From an uncultured Alphaproteobacteria bacterium (GTDB lineage: Bacteria > Pseudomonadota > Alphaproteobacteria > Rhizobiales > Beijerinckiaceae), in contig CAWKON010000008.1 in assembly GCA_963851225.1 (NCBI GenBank), forward strand, positions 56,653 through 120,652: 64,000 nt of DNA, written 5' to 3'. A model generated the notes under the pieces. That model was not told the DNA's origin. It made no database searches and saw only the letters and a program-made list of their open reading frames with translations. This document shows positions 45,319 to 56,455 of this stretch, piece by piece. Position numbers and translations under genes: made by a program. Positions within the stretch are counted from its first letter, which is position 1. The number at the start of each line of letters is the position of its first letter.

Positions 45319-46479
45319 TCAGGTTTTCGCGCGCCAGCGTTGCCAGAAGCTGATCTTTTTGTCCGAAAGGTCCGGCGCGCTGACTGCGGGCGCCGGCACG
45401 GCCGCCGGGACAAGTTGCGTTAGATGATATTGCCGCGTGGTAAACCGGATGACGACGCCAATCGCGGCGGCGAGCGGCACCGCAATAAGCAAGCCCACGA
45501 AGCCAAACAGATAGCCGAACGCGGCAATGGCGAACATCACCCAGACAGGGTTGAGCTGGACTCGCGCGGCGATGAGATAGGGAGAAAGCACATAGTCCGC
45601 GATCGCCTGGCCGGCAAAGAAAATCCCGAACACAACCGGAATCATCGTCCAAACTGGCCAGAACTGGAGCACCGCCACGCAAAGCGACAGCACAAGTCCC
45701 GTGAATGACCCGAGATAGGGAATGAAACTAATCAGACCGGCGGCGAGCCCGATCAGAATTCCATGGTTGAGACCAATCAACCGCAGCGCAAGAGCATAAA
45801 AGATGGCGAGGATGAGGCAGATCGTCCCCTGCCCGCGCAGAAATCCGGCGATCGTGTCATCGAGCTCGCCGGTCAGCGCCAAAACGGTCTCACGCTGCGC
45901 CGCGGGAATTGAACGCTCGATCGTAGCGATCAGGCGTTTCCAATCAATGAGCAAATAGATGGTGACAATCGGGGTCACCACCAGAAGGGAGAAAATCGAC
46001 ATCAGCGCCTGGCTGTCCGACCATAACGAGCGCAAAACGCTGGGAATCCAATCGGCGGCCATCGCTGTGAGCTCGCCCGCCGAATGCTCGGCTTCGCTCA
46101 GTTCTTGGCCGATGATCTTGCGCAACCATGGGCGGCTCGGGTCATTGGCGAGGGCTTGTAATTGGCCGATGTACTGGGGAACCTTTTCGATAAAATCCGC
46201 AATCTCCGTGCCAAGGAGAGGGGTGACGAGCACCATCACTCCGGCGACACCAATAATGAACAGTCCGACAATGCCAAGCGTCGCAATGGTGCGGTTCACC
46301 CCAAGCCGTTCGAACCATTCGACAACCGGGTCGAGCAGATAGGCGAGGGCGATCCCGGCCACAAACGGCAGCAGGATTTCGCGCAAGAGCACGACCAACA
46401 TAAGAATGGCCGCCAGCGCCGCAAGCCACAGCACGGAAGGCCGCACCGCGGTCACGGGCTTACATTCTGGCAGTAGCAA
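45319..46479 (-). CDS. AI-2E family transporter (PerM/YhhT-like, UPF0118)
   Basis: 386 aa with ~8 TM helices and AI-2E family conserved blocks (LLPFVAGIALAYLLDP, GFLRGQGTICLILA). Confidence 0.8.
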   Translation of the reverse strand: MLLPECKPVTAVRPSVLWLAALAAILMLVVLLREILLPFVAGIALAYLLDPVVEWFERLGVNRTIATLGIVGLFIIGVAGVMVLVTPLLGTEIADFIEKVPQYIGQLQALANDPSRPWLRKIIGQELSEAEHSAGELTAMAADWIPSVLRSLWSDSQALMSIFSLLVVTPIVTIYLLIDWKRLIATIERSIPAAQRETVLALTGELDDTIAGFLRGQGTICLILAIFYALALRLIGLNHGILIGLAAGLISFIPYLGSFTGLVLSLCVAVLQFWPVWTMIPVVFGIFFAGQAIADYVLSPYLIAARVQLNPVWVMFAIAAFGYLFGFVGLLIAVPLAAAIGVVIRFTTRQYHLTQLVPAAVPAPAVSAPDLSDKKISFWQRWRAKT

Positions 46480-47026
46480 TGCTTATACATAATGGCTAGC
46501 CGCGTTAATCGAGCGTGTGCCCGAGGACAAATTTCGCCGATCGATCCAGGATGTCAATATTGAATTTTGTCCCGCGAAAAAATGTTCGGCCGGAAAGCTC
46601 GCCTTGAGGCGAAATTCGCTGCGTGGCCGCCCTTGTGTTTTTCGGGGCAAAGTGTTGGACTTGATGTCGGCGTCGATTGCGGCTTTCAATCTATCTGGTT
46701 AGGGAAGGTATTGGGAGCGAGATAAGGGGTCTTGCGAGTTTTATTCCCATTCGATGCCACGGCATTCGGGCACCTATTTTGGCAGCCATCCGAGCGCGCG
46801 CCGCTGCACGCGCGGCCAGTGCGGCGCCTGCGGCCTTGGGTCAACGGTTCTTACCCAATCGCAGGCGAAGCCCCGGTATTCACGCTTCCGGCGCGGCCTC
46901 TTGCGCCTGACGCGCCGCGCTCAAGCATCGCCGCCCTTGCGCCGCCCGCCGCAAGCCCATAGATGAAACTGAAGGATCCCCCTCCCCTGCCTAGGCCGTG
47001 CCGGGCGTGTTTTCTGAGAGCTTTTC

Positions 47027-47599
47027 ATGCAAGATCACCGGTCCGGACGGGAAGGGTGGCACGCAACCACGATCGTCATGGTCAAGAAAGGCAGCCGCAC
47101 GGTCATCGGCGGCGACGGCCAAGTCTCGATCGGGCAAACCATCGTCAAGGGCAACGCGAAAAAAGTGCGCAGGCTCGCCAAGGGCGAAGTGATCGGCGGC
47201 TTTGCCGGCGCCACCGCCGATGCCTTCACCTTGTTCGAGCGGCTTGAGGCGAAGCTCGACCAATATCCGGGCCAACTCATGCGGGCTTGCGTCGAACTCG
47301 CCAAGGATTGGCGCACCGACCGTTATTTGCGCCGGCTCGAGGCGATGATGCTCGTCGCCGACGCCGAGGCGGCTCTCGTTTTGACCGGCACCGGCGATGT
47401 GCTTGAACCGGAGTCGACCGGCGATGGAAGCGTGATGGGAATAGGCTCTGGCGGAAATTATGCGCTGGCGGCCGGCCGGGCGCTGCTTGCAACGGATCTC
47501 GACGCCGAGGCGATCGCCCGCCGCGCGCTCGAAATCGCGGCCGGCATTTGCGTTTATACCAACGATCATTTCGTGCTCGAATCGATTGCCTCGAAATGA
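47027..47599 (+). CDS. hslV: ATP-dependent protease subunit HslV (with alphaproteobacterial N-terminal extension before the catalytic TTIV)
   Basis: [40 protein letters not shown]...GIGSGGNYA is collinear with HslV. Confidence 0.9.
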   Translation: MQDHRSGREGWHATTIVMVKKGSRTVIGGDGQVSIGQTIVKGNAKKVRRLAKGEVIGGFAGATADAFTLFERLEAKLDQYPGQLMRACVELAKDWRTDRYLRRLEAMMLVADAEAALVLTGTGDVLEPESTGDGSVMGIGSGGNYALAAGRALLATDLDAEAIARRALEIAAGICVYTNDHFVLESIASK

Positions 47600-47625
47600 C
47601 CGCGCGGCAACAGGAAAGCCTTCAT

Positions 47626-48939
47626 ATGACCGATTTTTCTCCGCGTGAGATCGTCTCCGAACTCGACCGTTTCATCGTCGGGCAGAAGGATGCCAAGCGC
47701 GCCGTGGCGATCGCGCTCGCGCAACCGCTGGCGCCGCCTGCGCCTCGAAGGGGCGATGCGCGAGGAGGTGCTGCCGAAGAACATTTTGATGATCGGGCCG
47801 ACCGGCTGCGGCAAGACCGAGATTTCCCGCCGCCTGGCCAAGCTCGCCGGCGCGCCTTTTCTCAAAGTCGAGGCGACGAAATTCACCGAGGTCGGCTATG
47901 TCGGCCGCGATGTCGAGCAGATCGTCCGCGATCTCGTCGAGACCGCGATTACGCATGGTGAAGGAAGAAAAGCGCAAGGCGGTTTCCGCGCGCGCCCAGC
48001 TCGCGGCGGAAGAGCGGGTCCTCGATGCTCTCGTCGGCACCACGGCGTCGGCGTCCACGCGCGACAGCTTCCGCAAGAGGCTGCGGGCGGGCGAACTCGA
48101 CGACAAGGAAATCGAGATCGAGATCGCCCAAGCCTCGCCGTCAATGCCGATGTTCGAATTGCCGAACATGCCGGGCTCGGCGATCGGCGCGATTTCGATC
48201 GGCGATATTTTCGGCAAGGCGCTCGGCAATCGCGCAAAACCGCGCCGCACCACGGTCAAGGATGCCTACGCCCCCTTGATCGTCGAGGAAAGCGACAAGA
48301 TGATCGACCAGGACCAGATCGTTCAGGAGGCGATCCGCGAGGTCGAAAACAATGGAATCGTCTTTCTCGACGAGATCGACAAGATTTGCGCGCGCGAAGG
48401 GCGCGGCGGCGGCGGCGATGTCTCGCGCGAGGGCGTGCAACGCGATCTGCTGCCGCTTGATCGAAGGCACGACGGTCGCGACCAAGCATGGCGCGGTGAA
48501 GACCGATCACATTTTGTTCATCGCGTCGGGCGCCTTCCATGCGTCGAAACCCTCGGACCTCTTGCCCGAATTGCAAGGGCGGCTGCCGATCCGGGTCGAG
48601 CTCTCGCCCTTGAACGAGGACGATTTCCGCCGCATCCTCACCGAAACCGAGGCAAGCCTCATCAAGCAATATGAAGCGCTCCTGCGCACCGAAGGGGTCG
48701 AGCTTTCATTTACGCCCGAAGCGATCAATGCGGTGGCGCGGATCGCGGTGCAGGTCAATTCCTCGGTCGAAAATATCGGCGCGCGGCGGTTGCAGACGGT
48801 GATGGAACGCGTGCTCGACGAGGTGAGCTTTACCGCGTCCGACCGTTTCGGCGAGACGGATCGAAATCGACGCGCGTTCGTCGAGAAGAACATCGGCGAT
48901 CTCGCCAGGAACACCGATCTGAGCCGGTTCATTCTTTGA
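47626..48939 (+). pseudogene. hslU: ATP-dependent protease ATPase subunit HslU, split over 4 frames (>=3 frameshifts)
   Basis: [31 protein letters not shown], then [79 protein letters not shown] and the C-terminal [14 protein letters not shown] are in consecutive ORFs of different frames. The start lies 27 nt after the hslV stop. Confidence 0.85.
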
Positions 48940-49050
48940 CGCTTTGACGTTCGTGGCGACTTTTGGCATAGGCTCATTTGCCGCTGCTGCTGCGTGCGAC
49001 GTGCGCGTTGCGCGAGAGTAATGTTTTGAGGCGCCGGGAGTCCCTCTGAC

Positions 49051-50089
49051 ATGGCAAAATTTCGTTGAACGGGTTTTTTCCGGCGTGCAGCCGACGGGCA
49101 ATCTGCATCTTGGAAATTATCTCGGCGCGATCACCAAATTCGTCGAGCTGCAAAAGACCCATGATTGCATCTATTGCGTCGTCGATCTGCACGCGATCAC
49201 GCTGCCGCAAAAGCCGGAGGAATTGAAGGCGAGCATCAGGGAAGTCACGGCCGCCTTCATCGCCTGCGGCATCGATCCCAAAAAACATATCGTGTTCAAC
49301 CAGAGCCAGGTTGCCGAACATGCCGAGCTCGCCTGGGTGTTCAATTGCGTGGCGCGCATCGGCTGGCTCAACCGCATGACGCAATTCAAGGAGAAGGCGG
49401 GCAAGGACCGCGAGAACGCCTCCGTCGGGCTTTATGCCTATCCTTGTCTGATGGCCGCCGATATTCTTGTCTATCGCGCGACCCATGTCCCGGTCGGCGA
49501 GGACCAAAAGCAGCATCTCGAACTCGCCCGCGACATCGCGCAGAAATTCAATCTCGATTTTGCCGCCTCGATCGCGGCGCATGGGTCATGGCGAGGCGTT
49601 CTTCCCCTTGCCCGAGCCGCTGATCCAGGGGCCGGCCACGCGAGTGATGAGCTTGCGCGACGGCTCCAAGAAAATGTCGAAGTCGGACCCGTCGGACTAT
49701 TCGCGGATCAATCTTTCCGACGATGCCGACACGATCGCCCAAAAAGTCCGCAAGGCGAAGACCGATCCGGACGCGCTGCCGTCTGAAGTCGAAGGGCTCA
49801 AGCAGCGCCCCGAAGCCGAAAATCTCATCGGCATTTTTGCCGCGCTCAATGGCGAGACGAAAGCAGGATGTGCTTGAGGACTTTCGGCGGCGGCAATTTC
49901 TCGGCCTTCAAATCGGCGCTGGTCGATCTCGCGGTGGCCAAACTCGGCCCGATCGGCGCCGAGATGAAACGCCTCAAGGGCGATCCCGCCTTTATCGACG
50001 GCGTTCTCGCCGATGGCGCGGCGCGCGCCCGCGCGATCGCGGCCAAGAACATGGCGTGTGTGAAGGATATTTTGGGCTTCGTGCGGTAA
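49051..50089 (+). pseudogene. trpS: tryptophan--tRNA ligase TrpS, >=3 frameshifts (one 5 nt after the ATG in an A4 run, others ~49570 and ~49865)
   Basis: ATGGCAAAAT then frame change gives MA(N)[23 protein letters not shown] (HIGH-type motif). KMSKS is present in ORF 49467..49877. The C-terminus is in ORF 49868..50089. Confidence 0.8.
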
Positions 50090-50104
50090 CACGATGCTCC
50101 CGGC

Positions 50105-51881
50105 TCACGCCTTCGCTTCCAGGCCTTCGAGATCGGCGATCATTTCTTCGATCATGTTCAGCCCGATCTGCCAAAAGGCGGGATCGCGCGCGTCGAGCCC
50201 GAAAGGCGCGAGCAACTCGGCATGATGTTTCGTGCCTCCCGCCGAAAGCATGGCGAGATAGCGTTCGGCAAAACCTTCCCGCGCGCCCTGATAGACGCCA
50301 TAGAGCGAATTGACGAGACAATCGCCGAACGCATAGGCGTAGACATAAAAGGGCGAATGGATGAAATGCGGAATATAGGCCCAATAGGTCTCGTAATCGG
50401 CTCCAAGCTCGATCGCGGGCCCGAGGCTTTCGGCCTGCTCGCTCATCCATAGAGCGCAGATCTGCGTCCGCCGTCAGCTCGCCGTTGCGCCGTTCGAGAT
50501 GCAGCTTGCGTTCGAACGAATAAAACGCGATCTGCCGCACCACCGTGTTCAGCATGTCCTCGACCTTGGCGGCGAGCATGGCGCGGCGCTGCGCGACATT
50601 CGCCGTGCGCAGAAGCAGGGCGCGGAAACGTCAGCATTTCGCCGAAGACCGAAGCGGTCTCGGCCAAGGTCAGCGGCGTCGGCGCCATCAGCGCGCCATT
50701 CGGGCCGGCCAGAACCTGATGCACGCCGTGGCCGAGTTCATGCGCGAGCGTCATCACGTCGCGCGGCTTGCCCTGGTAATTCAGCAGCACGTAAGGATGC
50801 GCGGAAGGCACGGTCGGATGCGCGAAGGCGCCCGGCTGCTTGCCTGGCCGCACCGGCGCGTCGATCCAGCGCTCGTCGAAGAAGCGCTTGGCGATCCCCG
50901 CCATTTTCGGCGAGAAAGCGTCATAGGCGTCGAGCACAGTGTCGCGCGCCTCGTCCCAAGGATAGATTTTCGGCGCGACATCCGGGCAGCGGCGCATTGC
51001 GGTCCCAATGCTTGAGCGCCGTCTTGCCGAACCATTTGGCCTTGAGCTTGTAATAGCGGTGCGAGAGGCGCGGATAGGCGGCGCGCACGGCGCCGGCCAG
51101 CGCATCGACGACTTCGCGCTCGACGCGGTTGGCGAGATGCCTTGCGTCCGCCACGTCCTGAAAACCGCGCCAGCGGTCGGAAATCTCCTTGTCCTTCGCC
51201 AGGGTGTTGGTGACAAGGGCGAAAACGTCCGCAGATTTTCCTTCAAGCCCGCGCCGAACGCGATCGCCGCCTTTTCGCGGGTCTTCTCATGCGGGTCCTG
51301 CATCAGATTGAGCACCGGCTCGATCGCCAGCTGCCTCGCCATCGACGTTGAAGCGCAGGCTCGCGATCGTCTCGTCGAACAGCCGGTTCCAGGCGCCGTA
51401 GCCGGTGATCGATTTTTCGTGGAACAATTGCTCGAGCTTATCGTCGAGCTGATAGGGCTTGCCCTTGCGGATGTCTTCGAGCCAGGGCCGGTAATGCTTG
51501 AGCGGCGCCGGCCGCCAGTTTGGTCGCGAGCGCGTCGTCGAGCCGGTTCAGTTCGAGTTCGAAGAACAGAAGATCGGAGGACGCGTCGGTGATTTTTTCC
51601 TGCGTGTCGCCATAGAATTTCATCCGCGCCGGGTCGGTGGTGTCGCCCGAATAGACGAGCCCGGCATAGGACATGATGCGCCCGAGCAGCTCTTCCAGCG
51701 CCTCGTAGCGCTTGATCGCCTCGAGAAGCTCCGCGCCGGAGCCTTTCTTGGCGAGCGCTTCGAGCTTGCCCTTGTAGGCGACGTTGAAACTCTTGCATTC
51801 GGTCCCGGCCTTGGCGAGATCGTCCGCGAAGGCGCGGGACTCCATGGAAGGATAGAGGTCTTCGAGGTTCCACTCGGGCAA
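50105..51881 (-). pseudogene. pepF: oligoendopeptidase F (M3B family), highly fragmented across frames
   Basis: N-terminal block PEWNLEDLYPSMESRAFADDLAKA (ORF 51438..51881). C-terminal block YETYWAYIPHFIHSPFYVYAYAFGDCLVNSLY (ORF 50105..50446). The long 510-aa ORF in between is an out-of-frame Arg-rich read. Confidence 0.6.
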
Positions 51882-52129
51882 TGAGCCAAGATCCGGCCGC
51901 GTGCTTTGGCTTCGCGGCGCTTTTTGGTTTGGGGCGAAACATGCTGAGGGATTTGCTGGTGCTCTTGCGCGTCATGGAACGATCCTATTGTGGGATTGCT
52001 GTCATAGCGAGCAAGGCTCCCGCGAACAACCTTTGCCGCTGGGAATGTTTTTCGACCGGCGGGCGAGGTGTGCTGCATAGCTGGTCCGGATCCAAATGAA
52101 AGCGCGGCTTGCCCCTGTGCAATTCTTCC

Positions 52130-52236
52130 TGTGAAGGTCACGCAGCATAAAAAATTTACCCAATTGGGAGCTGTCTTGCGATCCGGATTGGCGTAATCTT
52201 TGCCGCGTTCCCGCATGGAGGAAGAGGAGGTTAGTC
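52130..52236 (+). promoter_or_regulatory. conserved cassette leader, copy 1: sigma54-like -24/-12 element TGGCGT-N5-TTGCC (GG 52190-91, GC 52202-03) and strong SD GGAGGAAGAGGAGG
   Basis: About 100 nt are near-identical to the leaders at 54290 and 56456 (..GCATAAAAATTTACCCAATTGGGAGCTGTCTTGCGATCCGGATTGGC..). Only this copy has GG-N10-GC spacing. Confidence 0.4.
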
Positions 52237-52734
52237 ATGACGGATGGCCATCAGGATTGCAGCGAGGCAAGGACTTCGCTCCACGGCGAAGCGAAACGCA
52301 AGATTTTACGAGGGCTTGTCCTAAAGGCTGTGGCCGCGAGTTTTGCGGCCTGGGCGATGACCTTGCCGGCCCTGGCCCAGCTGGCTGCGCCCGTCTATGT
52401 CACGGGGTCTGCCGCTGCTACAATTACGGTCACTTTCACGGTGGCTCCTCCTACGGGGTCCACGGTTTCTTGCAGCCTGGCGCTGCTCAGCAGTGATCCG
52501 CGCGCGCCGTCCGACAGCGCCTCCGTTACCTCGACGGTGAGCGGCTCGACCGCGACATGCACAGTAACGGTGAACTATAGATGGCGCCTTACGAGCACGA
52601 GCCTCTCCACGGATACGATGACGATTGGTTATTCGGTCCAGGGGCCGGTTGCGACCAGCTCGGGACTTGTCAACATCATTCCGATGCCCGCCAACGGCAC
52701 GCATTTGACTCAGAGTTTCGCGGTTACCCAGTAA
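52237..52734 (+). CDS. cassette copy 1, small secreted beta-rich protein (165 aa; signal peptide ...AMTLPALA|QLAAP), unknown family
   Basis: The ORF is preceded by the SD. The first ~95 codons are nearly identical at the nucleotide level to those of 54412.. and 56576.. . The mature part is Thr/Ser/Val-rich (TITVTFTVAPP...CTVTVNYRWRLTSTS). Confidence 0.8.
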   Translation: MTDGHQDCSEARTSLHGEAKRKILRGLVLKAVAASFAAWAMTLPALAQLAAPVYVTGSAAATITVTFTVAPPTGSTVSCSLALLSSDPRAPSDSASVTSTVSGSTATCTVTVNYRWRLTSTSLSTDTMTIGYSVQGPVATSSGLVNIIPMPANGTHLTQSFAVTQ

Positions 52735-52788
52735 TCGGGCATCAAAGACCTATCCCAGGGTTCCAGTCGGGAGAGGGAGCTAACTTCC

Positions 52789-53916
52789 ATGCATTATTTG
52801 CGCGCTGCTGTCGCCCTGGTGGCGGCTATGACATTCTCAATGACGGCCCTTGGCGAGAGGCGTACGGCCATTGCGGTATTCACAGGGCCGAGCGGCGGCG
52901 TCGCGCCGCCGGACGGTGCACCGCCCTGTGTCTCGACGTTCTGCACATCGATACCAACAAGATACAAAAACACGTTCATTATCGGCATAACGGAGTACGA
53001 GACGACCTACCCTTGCTTTTACATAGATCATGGCCAGTGGACTCCGGGAACCAACATCCAACCTATTGACAAAGGAACGCCTGCTGGGACGGTAGACGTT
53101 TCGGAATTGGCTATCGTAGGTCCAACACCGCCCGGATGCACTGCTGCAGGGGGGCCGTATTTGTATGCTCCGCTTTATTTTGATTGGACCCTTCACAAGA
53201 ATTTAACCTGGTATTTAGGTTACGGCCCAACGGCTTTCTTTCAATCGAATTGGTATACAAAGGACGGTTGGAATTTGCCGTACTCGTTCCAGATTACCGT
53301 GCCGGTAGTGCGTCCAATTGGCGAGACAATCTCGTTTAAGGGTTTTACGGGGGTTATCGGTAACGGCTTAGTAGGCCAATGGCTACAGACACTCACGCCG
53401 CCGACCGACGATCCGAGTTTCGATTTTACTGGAGAGACTGTCCAAGAGGATTTATCCGCTTCTATTGGCAACTGCCTATCTCCACCCGCCAAACTGGTCC
53501 CCCTAGCAGGCACGACAAGGCCCCCTAGTACTTTCCCGGTAGAGAATGGCCCGCCCGGCCAATGGGTTGACGGGGTCGGCTTCGGTGACGAAGCTGATTC
53601 AGCATGTGCCGTTCTATATAATTTCTGCTATCAGCCATCGGGTTGTTTGATGACCAGAACGCAAACGACGGCCATAAAGTCCGACGCCGATTTCGCTGAT
53701 GCCTTTACCAAGTATGGCGGCGTCAACCGCTTGACGGCAGGTCTGCTTGGCAGAATCCTACCAGTCGCCCTGCCATTCCAAAGCCCACAAGGTTTCGGCA
53801 GGATTTTCTCAAGTCGACAATCCACCGAATCCCTAAGCAGTCAATCAGTCAAGAGCAACTTAACTCTAATCTCCACGTCCGTTTGCAAAAATCTTGTTCT
53901 GACGAACTGCAAATAG
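52789..53916 (+). CDS. cassette copy 1, large secreted Cys-rich protein (375 aa; signal MHYLRAAVALVAAMTFSMTALG), unknown family
   Basis: Shares with copies 2 and 3 the signal peptide and the motifs IGITEY, VRPIGET, PPTDDPxFDFTGET and NGPPG. The rest has diverged. Confidence 0.8.
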   Translation: MHYLRAAVALVAAMTFSMTALGERRTAIAVFTGPSGGVAPPDGAPPCVSTFCTSIPTRYKNTFIIGITEYETTYPCFYIDHGQWTPGTNIQPIDKGTPAGTVDVSELAIVGPTPPGCTAAGGPYLYAPLYFDWTLHKNLTWYLGYGPTAFFQSNWYTKDGWNLPYSFQITVPVVRPIGETISFKGFTGVIGNGLVGQWLQTLTPPTDDPSFDFTGETVQEDLSASIGNCLSPPAKLVPLAGTTRPPSTFPVENGPPGQWVDGVGFGDEADSACAVLYNFCYQPSGCLMTRTQTTAIKSDADFADAFTKYGGVNRLTAGLLGRILPVALPFQSPQGFGRIFSSRQSTESLSSQSVKSNLTLISTSVCKNLVLTNCK

Positions 53917-54289
53917 ATGTTGATTACAATTGTTAGAGTCTGTCCGGAAACATCCAGCCGGATTGCAAGGTTTCCGGAGCATGAGGCGAATTGAGGCGAG
54001 GCGCGAGCAATCTGAGTGCCCTCCCGATTGAGGATCTTCCATTCATGGCCTGATCTTGGCCTGCAATGAATGGCGGAATCCGACCTGATGACGTTGTCCC
54101 CAAGTTTGATCCAGGCGCGACTACAATACCGTGCGGCCACGTTCTCGTATCGGCAGGCTGAGGTCAGCCCGCCCATGCCGCCCAATTCTCACCGCAACGG
54201 GCCAAGGCGCTACGCTGCTCGATGGCTCCGCGCCCTGGCCCGTTGCTATGTCTGGACCCAAATGTAAGCCCGTCCTGCCCCTGTGCGGA

Positions 54290-54411
54290 TCTTCCTGCGA
54301 AGCTCTAGGTGGTCACACAGCATAAAAATTTACCCAATTGGGAGCTGTCTTGCGATCCGGATTGGCATAACCTCCTCCGTGTTCCCCGCATGGAGGAAGA
54401 GGAGGTTAGTC
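54290..54411 (+). promoter_or_regulatory. conserved cassette leader, copy 2, with SD-sequestering hairpin (AACCTCCTC 54369-77 pairs with GAGGAGGTT 54399-407)
   Basis: A 9-bp perfect stem occludes the Shine-Dalgarno sequence 6 nt upstream of the ATG. The anti-SD arm is absent from copy 1. Confidence 0.45.
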
Positions 54412-54909
54412 ATGTCGGATGGCCATCAGGATTGCAGCGAGGCAAGGTCTTCGCTCCACGGCGAAGCCAAACGCTATTTTTCACGCGGGCTTATCCTAAG
54501 AGCCTTAGCCGCGAGTTTCGCGGCCTGTGCGATGACCTTGCCGGCCCTGGCCCAGCTGGCTGCGCCCGTGTATGTCACGGGGTCTGCCGCCGCTACAATT
54601 ACGGTCACTTTCACGGTGGCTCCTCCTGCAGCGTCCACCGTTTCTTGTGGCTTGTCGTTGATCAGCAACGATCCACGTACCCCGGCCGACAGCTCAACCG
54701 TAACCGTCACGGTGACGGGTTCGACCGCGATCTGTACAGTAACGGTGAACTATAGATGGCGCCTTACGAGCACGAGCGTTTCCACGGATACGATGACGAT
54801 TGCTTATTCGGTTCAGGGGCCGGTTCAGAACAGCTTTGGCCTTGTCAACATCATTCCAATGCCCGCCAACGGCACGCATTTAAGTCAGAGTTTCGGTGTC
54901 ACGCAGTAA
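54412..54909 (+). CDS. cassette copy 2, small secreted protein (165 aa), paralogue of 52237..52734
   Basis: MSDGHQDCSEARSSLHGEAKRYFSRGLILRALAASFAACAMTLPALAQLAAPVYVTGSAAATITVTFTVAPP... Confidence 0.8.
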   Translation: MSDGHQDCSEARSSLHGEAKRYFSRGLILRALAASFAACAMTLPALAQLAAPVYVTGSAAATITVTFTVAPPAASTVSCGLSLISNDPRTPADSSTVTVTVTGSTAICTVTVNYRWRLTSTSVSTDTMTIAYSVQGPVQNSFGLVNIIPMPANGTHLSQSFGVTQ

Positions 54910-54948
54910 TCAGGCGTCGAGGGGCAATCCGAGGTTGAGGTAACTTCC

Positions 54949-56040
54949 ATGCATTATTTGCGCGCTGCTGTCGCCCTGGTGGCGGCCGTGATGTTTTCAC
55001 TGAGTGCCGCTGGCCAGGCGCCTCCGGCCGCTAAAATCGGGTCGACCTCCGGCAAGGCGGTGGCCATCCGGGCATTGTCCCCGAACCCAGTGGGCGGCAT
55101 CAATCCTTTGGCCGGCACCATGGTGAAACGACAAACGGAAACGTTCATAGCGGGCATCGCGGAGATCAATCCTGATACCTGCGCATTTATAAATTCTGGC
55201 TCGTGGACCTTCACCCTGAATCCAACGTTTGGGAAGACCACCTGGAGAGTTGAATCTGGCACGTCAGCAACGGGTCAACCATGTGCTGGCCATACATATA
55301 ATTTTGCTAAAATATTTTACACGTGGACCGCTCATAACAATCACACCACAACGCCAAATCAAGGACCAACTGATATTTTTAACGCGACTTGGACGACCCC
55401 TGACGGGATGTTTAACGATCCGTTCGTGTTCAATATTATTACGAATCCAGTGCGTCCAAAGGGCGAGACCACTGCATTGCAAAGTTGGCAAGACTCCTTT
55501 GGTATATGGAAGGTAACGCTCGTATGCTGCGCCCCGCCAGATGATGACGATGCGGCGTTCGATTTCACGGGCGAAACGGTGAACGAGGTTTTCCTAAGTG
55601 ACCAAAACTCGTGTCCAGGTAACGCATCCGTTAACCCGAGCATGGGAACAGTAAATAATGGACCACCAGGTAGTTTTCATGACAAAATTGGGTTTGATCC
55701 GTGCGTCGTACATTATGCTCGATGTTTAATGAAAGCTGGTTGTGGGTTCGTAGTTAAGCAGCAGATGGAAATAAATTCTCCAGCAGATCCAGCTAATACA
55801 TTTTTTTCTTATGGAACTGCGCCAAATACTTTGAGTTCAAGAGTTGAGGGTGGTATTATCGTCAATCTTGCCGGCAAGTTGACCTCTAGGAGCGGGGTAG
55901 GCCAAATAACATCTCAAAGGAGCACGCCCCTAAGCCCGTTCACTCCGGCGCACCATGACTTTCCGAGCGACAAAGCTTCGTGTTTTGCGAAAGCCCAGGA
56001 TCTTCAGTTCTACCTAGCGATGCTAGATAAACGATGCTGA
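54949..56040 (+). CDS. cassette copy 2, large secreted Cys-rich protein (363 aa), paralogue of 52789..53916
   Basis: The signal peptide MHYLRAAVALVAAVMFSLSAAG and the motifs VRPKGET, PPDDDDAAFDFTGET and NGPPG are conserved. Otherwise it is <35% identical by eye. Confidence 0.8.
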   Translation: MHYLRAAVALVAAVMFSLSAAGQAPPAAKIGSTSGKAVAIRALSPNPVGGINPLAGTMVKRQTETFIAGIAEINPDTCAFINSGSWTFTLNPTFGKTTWRVESGTSATGQPCAGHTYNFAKIFYTWTAHNNHTTTPNQGPTDIFNATWTTPDGMFNDPFVFNIITNPVRPKGETTALQSWQDSFGIWKVTLVCCAPPDDDDAAFDFTGETVNEVFLSDQNSCPGNASVNPSMGTVNNGPPGSFHDKIGFDPCVVHYARCLMKAGCGFVVKQQMEINSPADPANTFFSYGTAPNTLSSRVEGGIIVNLAGKLTSRSGVGQITSQRSTPLSPFTPAHHDFPSDKASCFAKAQDLQFYLAMLDKRC

Positions 56041-56099
56041 GTCCAAACGGTCAGACGGGTAGCGGGAGCGTCACGGGGGAAAATCTTAAGCGATGGTGG

Positions 56100-56455
56100 A
56101 CGGAACCGCTTTAGCGGGATCTCCCCACGACCCCTGTTGGAAGGAACAGCCTTCCGAAAGGATGGCGGCCATGTCCTGGATTACAAAATAAACTGCCAGA
56201 TAAAGCTTTGGTATGAACCTGCCGCACGGGCGCTTGATCGCCGGCCGGCCAGAGCAACGCGCCATTCATTTCAAGGCGGCGATTTGGAGCCAGACCCGCC
56301 TCGCCGATCATGTTTGACATCCAATGAATGGCGGAATCTGGCCTCGGCCGAAGCGCCATCGGACATGTGCGAGCGCCGGTCTTACAGATTGAACGAGAGA
56401 TTACCGTGTGCTGTCTCGTAAGGTTTTGGCCGACAATCGTATCAAAATGCGGGCC
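56100..56455 (+). repeat. ~350-bp conserved non-coding repeat 3' of cassette copy 2 (copies also at 58380..58733, partial at ~54040-54085)
   Basis: Shared blocks CCCCACGACCC, TCCGAAAGGAT and TTGACATCCAATGAATGGCGGAATCTGGCCTCGGCCGAAGCGCCATCGGACATGTGCGAGCGCCGGTCTTACAGATTGAACGAGAG, ending ..CAATCGTATCAAAATG. Confidence 0.6.

Noticed and set aside
46700-47026. possible sigma32 heat-shock promoter upstream of hslV
   Set aside because: I could not find a CTTGAAA/CCCCATnT pair with correct spacing; candidates have 8-9-nt spacers. It is left unannotated.
50443-51975. 510-aa ORF on the minus strand
   Set aside because: It is an out-of-frame read through the pepF locus. The translation is Arg/Ser/Pro-rich nonsense. 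The real M3B peptidase blocks lie in other frames.
53938-53981. 9-bp perfect inverted repeat TCCGGAAAC...GTTTCCGGA after the cassette-1 large gene, considered as an intrinsic terminator
   Set aside because: The loop is 17 nt and there is no downstream U-tract. It may be an mRNA-stabilising stem, but it is not a convincing rho-independent terminator.
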